NCBI GenBank assembly: GCA_016699875.1
Contig: CP064989.1
Span: 392,788 to 456,787, forward strand
Source: Candidatus Moraniibacteriota bacterium
GTDB taxonomy: Bacteria; Patescibacteriota; Minisyncoccia; Moranbacterales; UBA1568
DNA: 64,000 bases
Reading direction: 5' to 3'
The position numbers were made by a program, and so were the translations under genes. Shown one piece after another: positions 57,395 to 64,000 of the stretch. The notes under the pieces were generated by a model, which was not told the DNA's origin, made no database searches, and saw only the letters and a list, made by a program, of their open reading frames with translations. The number at the start of each line of letters is the position of its first letter. The stretch's first letter is position 1.

Positions 57395-58986
57395 AGACGC
57401 TTTTTCTCAAGAAGACTCTCCCGAACCAGTCCGACAAATAACAGCCCGGATCCGAACACGAGCAGAACTACTATCCCCCAATAATATTGCTCGGCACTCA
57501 CATATCGATGTACCCACGCCCGATAAAGAAACGACTTCGAACCGCTCTCGCGCAAATAATCCCAATTCCGCTCAGCGGTATATTTCTCAACCCTTCCGGA
57601 CAACGCCTCTATCGAGAGCACCTCGTGCTCCGGAGGATTCGCATTTGAGGTAATCGCCCCAAGCGTATTCACCGACATCGAATATGCCAAAACAACAAAG
57701 AATGCTCCCAGAAAAAAGAAGTTCTTGCGCCACTCGGTAAGTGCGATACCAATGCCAATACCAAGAACCGCATAACTCGGGATAAGATATCGCGATCCGA
57801 ACGCCCACCCACCCCACGGGTCACCCCACATTGAGTAAAGCAGAAGATTAATCATGACTGTTGCAATCAGAACATTTGCTACGCCGTATTTATCCTGCCT
57901 TCGAGCGAGAAACACCAAACCAAAGACGCCAAACAATATGACCGGTGCATAGAAGATCACCCCGCGATCTGAACTCACAAGATGTGTCAACAGTCCCTGT
58001 AAAAGATCCCGGGTTTTGAAGAATCCAACCGCAGATTTCGCCTCATTTCCGTTAACACCATCAATAGATGCCGCTTCCAAATCGCGAGATATAGCCTGTC
58101 CATCTGCTGAAAGCTCTGTCACGGCTGGCAACGTTCCCGAAAGCTTCAACGCACCGCCATTCACTGTCGAGTTATACCACAAGAACCCCGCCAGCGGCAC
58201 CACAAGCACAAGGAGACTCGCAACAAGAACCGGGCGAAACATAACCCGAATCTTTTCCCCAATAGAAACAAACATAATCCTGGAAACTGCAAACACACCA
58301 ATAGGTGCCAAGAGAAAGAAATTCGGATTATCGACACTCACAGACAATGACACGCAAAACCATATAGCAACAAGCGACCGCCACCCGCTCGAGCGAAGAA
58401 GCAAAAGAAGCGAAACAAGCAATAGAAAAACTGTTATATGATGCTGGTAGAGTGTCGTCCCGTACGCAAACGCTGGTGTCCCGAAAAGAAAAGCGAGCGA
58501 TCCGAGCGAAGCTGCCAGCGGACGCGCACCAAGCCGAAGCGCAATCGATCGCACCAGCCAAGCATTCAATAGCGCAAACAAAGCAATCATTGAAAACGCC
58601 CCGACTTGCGAAGCACCAAGCCACTTCCCTAAAAGATATCCCGGAGCAACCAAAAGAGACACCGTCGGCGCAAAAAGCGACGCATATCGACCGTCGGGAG
58701 TCAATCCCAAGTCCGGCGTTACAGATCGCGCCACCGGAAGAGAAAAGAAGAACGAGTGATCTTCAATCACCGAGTAAAGCAACGCGAATCGTCCGCGTTC
58801 GGGAGAGAGCTCGAGTGGTCCACCTTTCCGCCACTCAGCAGTATTCAAATCGCCCGATGTTGGGTTCCCGGGCAACCCACGCAAAGAGAGAGCGAAAATA
58901 ATCACCGAGAAGAGAATAAAGCCACCCACTATGACTAGATTATTTCCCCGAACTAATGAGAGAATTCTTTTCATACAAGAGAACAT
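57391..58986 (-). CDS. Second GT-C-fold membrane glycosyltransferase (ArnT-like)
   Basis: Polytopic; start overlaps the previous gene's stop (ATGA); similar hydropathy architecture; tandem to 55766-57394. Confidence 0.55.
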   Translation of the reverse strand: MFSCMKRILSLVRGNNLVIVGGFILFSVIIFALSLRGLPGNPTSGDLNTAEWRKGGPLELSPERGRFALLYSVIEDHSFFFSLPVARSVTPDLGLTPDGRYASLFAPTVSLLVAPGYLLGKWLGASQVGAFSMIALFALLNAWLVRSIALRLGARPLAASLGSLAFLFGTPAFAYGTTLYQHHITVFLLLVSLLLLLRSSGWRSLVAIWFCVSLSVSVDNPNFFLLAPIGVFAVSRIMFVSIGEKIRVMFRPVLVASLLVLVVPLAGFLWYNSTVNGGALKLSGTLPAVTELSADGQAISRDLEAASIDGVNGNEAKSAVGFFKTRDLLQGLLTHLVSSDRGVIFYAPVILFGVFGLVFLARRQDKYGVANVLIATVMINLLLYSMWGDPWGGWAFGSRYLIPSYAVLGIGIGIALTEWRKNFFFLGAFFVVLAYSMSVNTLGAITSNANPPEHEVLSIEALSGRVEKYTAERNWDYLRESGSKSFLYRAWVHRYVSAEQYYWGIVVLLVFGSGLLFVGLVRESLLEKKRL

Positions 58987-58989
58987 GAT

Positions 58990-60195
58990 TTATCGACACT
59001 GCAAAAGAATTCGTTCATAAAATTTTTCAACCAAGCGAGCAAGGTCATCCCAAGAATGTCCGACAGTAAAAGCAATATTTCGCTTGCGAATCGCCTCTAC
59101 ATCGGCATTCCCCTTATTCTCTACAAGGAAACCAATTCTATCGGCAACGCTATTCGCATCCTGCACTGGAACAACATATCCATTAACACCGTCCTTAATA
59201 AGCTCCTCAAGCGCTGTGTCTTTAGCAACAATACAGATACAACCCTGACTCATAGATTCATGCACCGCGTTGCAATAACTCTCCCATGATGCCATGTGTG
59301 TATTTGCAAGAGAATGTCGAAGTAAATAATACTTATCAATTCCATCTACCACACCAAGAAATCGGACCCGATCAACAACACCGAGTCTTTGTATCTCTTC
59401 ATCAAGAAGCCGTTTGTAATCGGGATCGGTCACAGGACCAACAATAGCAAATATAACTCCCGAAACTTTTGCTACAGCTCGAATAGTCGTAAGTTGATTT
59501 TTTATAGGATGGACGCGCCCAACCTGCACAACATATGTCCCCAAGTCACGAACAAGTGAACGAACAGATTCACTTGCCAACCCCTCAATATCCGAATAAA
59601 CTTCTCGTTCAATCCCATTCGGGATTGTCTCTATAATTTCACGACGGACGCCACTCTTCACTGTTTCCTCACTCTCCCATTCGGAAACAGATCGAAGTCC
59701 GTCCACGGCGTGGTTTATTAGAAAAGTACCGATATATTTTTGATATAAACGCTTCATTACTCTCTGAAACGGAGTAAATGTCCACCAACCAGGAGTATAG
59801 CCTCCGTGAGGAATAAGAAAGATGGCGCGACGCATTCGAGAGAATCTTCTCAAAAAAAGTACCTTCACAAGAATCCAACTATGCGGAAATACATTGAAGT
59901 TGTGAAGACAAATAGAACCGGGACGATTCCAGTCTATTTCGGGAACAAACCCATACCACCGCCATTTGTATCTTCGTATGGAGAGGCCACGAATTTCGCC
60001 TTTGGGAGGGAGTATTTCTGAGGAATTTGGAACACTCGTTGAAGTATGAATGACTACTTCCCATCCCTGCTGAGCAAGATAAGAATAAATATTCAATATA
60101 TTTGTCTCAATCCCGGCAACAACGGGATAGAAGAACTTTACAACAACATCGAGTCGCTTTTCTTCCGGTGAGAGCTTCTGAGATTCTGTGTTCAT
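58990..60195 (-). CDS. Glycosyltransferase family 4 (GT-B, Glycos_transf_1)
   Basis: C-terminal E..G.P.I.....G pattern: ...VHESMSQGCICIVAKDTALEELIKDGVNGYVV. Confidence 0.7.
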   Translation of the reverse strand: MNTESQKLSPEEKRLDVVVKFFYPVVAGIETNILNIYSYLAQQGWEVVIHTSTSVPNSSEILPPKGEIRGLSIRRYKWRWYGFVPEIDWNRPGSICLHNFNVFPHSWILVKVLFLRRFSRMRRAIFLIPHGGYTPGWWTFTPFQRVMKRLYQKYIGTFLINHAVDGLRSVSEWESEETVKSGVRREIIETIPNGIEREVYSDIEGLASESVRSLVRDLGTYVVQVGRVHPIKNQLTTIRAVAKVSGVIFAIVGPVTDPDYKRLLDEEIQRLGVVDRVRFLGVVDGIDKYYLLRHSLANTHMASWESYCNAVHESMSQGCICIVAKDTALEELIKDGVNGYVVPVQDANSVADRIGFLVENKGNADVEAIRKRNIAFTVGHSWDDLARLVEKFYERILLQCR

Positions 60196-60215
60196 ACGAG
60201 AGATATTGAGAAAAA

Positions 60216-60932
60216 TTATAGTTTCCTTGCGCGAATACAGACCACTATAGGATACCGTTCATCAACTACAGCCAGTTCTTTCTCGGACAACTCTTCTGCG
60301 GCAAGCCCCACCCAAAACGCCTGTCCGGAAAGCACATTCCCGAGCGTTGAGATTTCAAGAGACTGTTTATCAAAGTATTTTCCAAATACATATCGTGCCG
60401 ATGCCTTGGTAAATCTCCAGAAAGCCGATTCGGGATCCGCAGCCACACCAAGAGAAGACACTGTTGCAATAAGCATGCCGCCCGGCTTCAATACGCGTGA
60501 ACATTCTCGAATAGCCGCCTCGAAATCATCGATAACACCAAAGGTATGTGTTGCAATCATCGTATCAAACGTGTTGCTTGCAACAGATCGCATATCCCGA
60601 AGATCGGCATAAATGGTCGCATGCGGATTCTTTGCGTCGATATCAACAACATGGCTTTCCGTAACAGAAGCGCCACCAAACCGCTTCGTATACGCGTCAT
60701 CCGTCACCTCAAGACACTTCCCCTGAATACTTGATCGAACGTTCTCCAGAAAACTCTCTATATAGAACCGATCAATCGGCGTGCCACGATCATAACCGAA
60801 TTTCGAGCTGATTGGCTTCAATCGACGCTTGGGAACAGAAAAAAGAAAATAACTCGACCTCGGAAATATCGTCCGCATAATAAACGCGCGAATAGGACTT
60901 GCAAATCTGATAAGACTGTCTCGAGTATTCAT
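60216..60932 (-). CDS. Class I SAM-dependent methyltransferase
   Basis: VLKPGGMLIATV and upstream Gly-rich motif I region (Methyltransf_11-like). Confidence 0.65.
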   Translation of the reverse strand: MNTRDSLIRFASPIRAFIMRTIFPRSSYFLFSVPKRRLKPISSKFGYDRGTPIDRFYIESFLENVRSSIQGKCLEVTDDAYTKRFGGASVTESHVVDIDAKNPHATIYADLRDMRSVASNTFDTMIATHTFGVIDDFEAAIRECSRVLKPGGMLIATVSSLGVAADPESAFWRFTKASARYVFGKYFDKQSLEISTLGNVLSGQAFWVGLAAEELSEKELAVVDERYPIVVCIRARKL

Positions 60933-60941
60933 AATCTGTTT

Positions 60942-61760
60942 CTACAAAAATCTTCCGATAATTTTCTTGGCCGCTTTCCGAAAAAGAATAGCCGCATCGG
61001 TATGAATCGCTGAAAATTCGCTCAACGAATGTGTCCGATCAACGCCAATTCTCGGAACGGTCAACGGGTCTGTCTTTCGAGAGAGAAATCCGTCGTCCAT
61101 AGAAAGCGCAAGTGTATATCCAGCCTCAAGAACTAATCGACGTGCTGCCTCAGTATATCGACCCCTCGGATAGGCAAAGTATCGAACAGGGACTCCCAAT
61201 CGTTTCTCAAGCGACGTCTTCGCTTCGACCGTTTCTTGTCGCAGACGAGATTCCGGCATTGCCCAGAAATCGCCATGTGTCGCGCTATGGCATCCGATTT
61301 CCCACCCCAATCCATGAAGCTTCCGGATTTCCGAATCCGAAAGAAACTCGCGGTTCGTTCCCAATTCATCGCCATCGGACCGGCTCGTATCGGAGAGCAC
61401 AAAGAACGCCGGGCGAATGCCTTTCTCATGCAGAAAGTTTTTCACGGTCAAAATGTCCCGATATCCATCATCAAATGTCAAAACGAACGATGGGCGCTTG
61501 ATCGCACGCGAACCACGAAGGAATTCTTCTGCTTCCGATAATGTAATCGGGCTATACTTGCTCAAAAGCAACTCTATTTGATCCCGAAATACATTCGGAT
61601 CGACGCTGAATCGCCAGTTGTCCTGCGAAATACTGTGGTAAGAGAAAATGATCACCTTATCTGATCGGCGAGGAAGCAACCGATCAAAATATCGGAGGCA
61701 ATTGTAGAAACATCGACGCACCAGACAAAATACATTTTTCATAAAAGAAAAATCACGCAA
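60942..61760 (-). CDS. Polysaccharide deacetylase (NodB homology, CE4)
   Basis: VLTFDDGYRDIL (motif 1 TFDDG), HS.TH..F motif region (CHSATHGDF). Confidence 0.75.
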   Translation of the reverse strand: MRDFSFMKNVFCLVRRCFYNCLRYFDRLLPRRSDKVIIFSYHSISQDNWRFSVDPNVFRDQIELLLSKYSPITLSEAEEFLRGSRAIKRPSFVLTFDDGYRDILTVKNFLHEKGIRPAFFVLSDTSRSDGDELGTNREFLSDSEIRKLHGLGWEIGCHSATHGDFWAMPESRLRQETVEAKTSLEKRLGVPVRYFAYPRGRYTEAARRLVLEAGYTLALSMDDGFLSRKTDPLTVPRIGVDRTHSLSEFSAIHTDAAILFRKAAKKIIGRFL

Positions 61761-61769
61761 AAGAAATCC

Positions 61770-62669
61770 TCATCGCACTTTCTTTGAACTCGAAGCAGCA
61801 GTCCATACTTCCTTTTTGACATTCGATTCCGAAGGAAACAGCGCGATGCATATCATAACGCAGATGTATGCCGCAATCGAAAATGGACGCTTCATAAACG
61901 ATATGAAGAGATGCTTCGCAAGTAATGCCTTTGGATATCGATACTCAGCAAAAACATTTCCACTGCCGAATTCATCACGGAACATATCCTGCGAGCATAG
62001 GAATCTCCGACTCTGCTTTTTGTGATCACGAAACGTTTCAGGAACCCGTATGGCGATCGCCGTATCAAGAAGAGACACGTATCGAAAACCGAACTTCTTC
62101 ACAAACAGATACGAGTAAGCATCTTCGCCAATGCTTCCTTTGAAACGAAAAGTCTCGAGAAGCTTCCGGGAGAATGCTCGGGCTGCGCCGTGACACTGGT
62201 AAATATTTTTCCCACCGCGCCACTCTGAAAACATCGCTCGTTTCAAATCATGTCCGGCAACAACAGCACATCCAAATACACTTCTCGGCGGAAGAGCCTG
62301 AAGTTCCGGAGAGACCAGATCCGCTCCGCCCTTAACGCACCGAATCATCGACTCGAATACCATGTCGCCCAACAAAGCAATATCCGCATCGAGAAGTATG
62401 ACAGCATCAGAATCCTTTGATATATCCAATATCTCATTTGATCGCACAGATTTCCCTCGTCGTTCGCCATCGTCAAATACGAGAACACCCGAAGAATCAT
62501 AGCGCCGAGCAATAACCGCCGTTTCATCCGAACTCCCGTCAGAGACAACTACGATTCTCCCGAGGACAAACGACTCGCATCGTTGTTTTAAGATATCCTC
62601 AAGCAGAAACGATATATTCGCCGCTTCGTTATAGGCCGCTATTCCGACAGTAACTGTGAATTTCTTCAT
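61770..62669 (-). CDS. Glycosyltransferase family 2
   Basis: VTVGIAAYNEAANI (GT2 N-terminal), DGSSDETA, DAD. Confidence 0.75.
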   Translation of the reverse strand: MKKFTVTVGIAAYNEAANISFLLEDILKQRCESFVLGRIVVVSDGSSDETAVIARRYDSSGVLVFDDGERRGKSVRSNEILDISKDSDAVILLDADIALLGDMVFESMIRCVKGGADLVSPELQALPPRSVFGCAVVAGHDLKRAMFSEWRGGKNIYQCHGAARAFSRKLLETFRFKGSIGEDAYSYLFVKKFGFRYVSLLDTAIAIRVPETFRDHKKQSRRFLCSQDMFRDEFGSGNVFAEYRYPKALLAKHLFISFMKRPFSIAAYICVMICIALFPSESNVKKEVWTAASSSKKVR

Positions 62670-63997
62670 AGAATTCGACTCTCGTCCCGAGAAAACACCA
62701 CATCAAACATGCGAGCGCTCGACAGATTCCAATCAAAACCCTCCGCCCATTTCCTGGCACCGATATTCATACTCGATCTCAGTTCACGGTCGCGGATAAG
62801 CAAAAGCATCTTCTCTGCGAAAGCATCAGTATCTCCGTACGGAACCAGAAAACCCGAGTGAGGATTCTTCACGGAGTCGCGAAGACCCGGAACATCGGAG
62901 GCAATAACTGGCGTTCCGCACGCATTTGCTTCAATCGCGACAATTCCCCAACCTTCCATCATGGATGGATTCACCAGCATCCACGAATTCTGCAGGAGTT
63001 TTTTCTTCTCCTCTTCGGAAACGCGCCCAAGGAACTCCACACGATCCGTTCCCAATCGCAACGTCTCAAATGCCAACCGTTTGAGATTTGTCTCATCGTC
63101 ACCATCCCCGGCAATAAGAAGCTTCGCCTCCGGGCGCTCGGCGATGACAGATCGAAAAGCCTGCAAAAGCACGTTGACCGATTTGTAAGCCTTGAGCCGT
63201 CCAAGGTAGAGAATTGTCGGCCTATCAGCCTTCTGATCTGCCGGAACAAAATCTTCAAGATGCACGCCTGGGTGAACAATGCTGATCCCCGCCTTTCCGA
63301 TACCCAAGAGCTCCATTTCGCGCTGACTCGAAAGGGATACGGTAATAAAGGGAACGCGAGAATATACCATTGGCATCAGCGTCTTCTCCAAGAAACTTGC
63401 AAAGAGCGCAAGTGGTTTCGGAAGAAACTGAAAAAACACTTCTTGATGCACATGATGCAGCAGACATACAACCGGCTCTCTTACATAGAGTGGCGTAAAA
63501 AACGGAACACCGTTTTCACAATCGATCACCACATCAAACTTTCCTCGAAATCTTGCGAAGTAGTAGATAGCCGCCCACACATATACTAAGTAGAAGCCGC
63601 CGCGCCGAACAATCCGGATGCCATGTCGAATCTCATGGCGAGACTGATGCCCATCATTCCCGCAAAACATCGTCACTGCGTGCCCGTCAGATATCCAGCG
63701 TTTCGCAATTTCTTCGACATACACCTCAGCACCGCCTCCATAGGCGTGTTTCGTATCACGCCAATTGAAGATAAGCACACGCTTTCCACTGGCAGGATTC
63801 ACTTCTTCCGGAAATTTTCCCCGAAATGCATCCAGAAAGTCCCTCGCGGCACGCCCGACAAATCGGAATGACGGCTCGGTAATGTGGAGAATGCTGAGCA
63901 AAATCCAACCAAACAGACTTGAAAGAAAGACACTGTCGACAATATGATCAAGCGATCCATGAAAGAGAACAATGCCAACCGCCTCCGCTATAGACAT
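62666..63997 (-). CDS. Glycosyltransferase family 4 (GT-B)
   Basis: ...NPSMMEGWGIVAIEANACGTPVIASDVPGLRD (E-x7-E type motif); start lies about 3 nt from the window end. Confidence 0.7.
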   Translation of the reverse strand: MSIAEAVGIVLFHGSLDHIVDSVFLSSLFGWILLSILHITEPSFRFVGRAARDFLDAFRGKFPEEVNPASGKRVLIFNWRDTKHAYGGGAEVYVEEIAKRWISDGHAVTMFCGNDGHQSRHEIRHGIRIVRRGGFYLVYVWAAIYYFARFRGKFDVVIDCENGVPFFTPLYVREPVVCLLHHVHQEVFFQFLPKPLALFASFLEKTLMPMVYSRVPFITVSLSSQREMELLGIGKAGISIVHPGVHLEDFVPADQKADRPTILYLGRLKAYKSVNVLLQAFRSVIAERPEAKLLIAGDGDDETNLKRLAFETLRLGTDRVEFLGRVSEEEKKKLLQNSWMLVNPSMMEGWGIVAIEANACGTPVIASDVPGLRDSVKNPHSGFLVPYGDTDAFAEKMLLLIRDRELRSSMNIGARKWAEGFDWNLSSARMFDVVFSRDESRIL

Positions 63998-64000
63998 AAG

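Overview
This 64-kb window reads as a compact bacterial chromosome segment, mostly minus-strand coding, with a housekeeping backbone interrupted by several accessory blocks. Gene content and tight packing suggest a small-genome lineage, possibly Patescibacteria/CPR-like, but that is inference only. Apart from the intervals flagged in the findings, intergenic space is small.

Backbone genes called with good support:
- Translation: ileS, cysS, trpS, tsf, rpsB, rpmE, rpmG, prfA, prmC, plus a five-tRNA cluster.
- Replication and repair: recO, dnaB, recR, dnaX, dprA, topA.
- Other core functions: obg, ychF, groEL, a short Rel/SpoT, ispH, a ManB-like mutase.

Accessory blocks:
1. A six-gene type IV pilus-like cluster (3730-8844). 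It has two tandem major-pilin paralogues, a PilM-like protein with a C-terminal LytR_C-like domain, two minor pilins, and a pilin fused to an LVIVD beta-propeller repeat region.
2. A small island directly 3' of tRNA-Gln (33584-37840). It carries a nucleoside 2-deoxyribosyltransferase-like gene, ASCH, ParB/Srx-like, HIT, HAD and NUDIX genes, split by a 662-bp degenerate IS5-family element with 19-bp terminal inverted repeats. I consider this the best candidate for an undescribed nucleotide-centred (possibly defence) module.
3. A copper module (26-30 kb): CopA, an HMA/DsbD-like/cupredoxin fusion, and a small Cys-rich secreted protein.
4. A glycosylation / cell-envelope locus (54.4-64 kb) with two tandem GT-C membrane glycosyltransferases.

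Other notable signals:
- A ~1-kb non-coding stretch upstream of ileS with a T-box-like motif.
- A tRNA-rpmG cluster lacking tuf.
- A 29-aa Lys-rich micro-ORF with a strong Shine-Dalgarno sequence.
- A monocistronic groEL with a sigma70-like promoter and a CIRCE operator but no groES.
- An inverted pair of DUF4406-like paralogues flanking the ispH/trpS region, separated by a perfect bidirectional terminator.

No CRISPR array or rRNA gene was seen.
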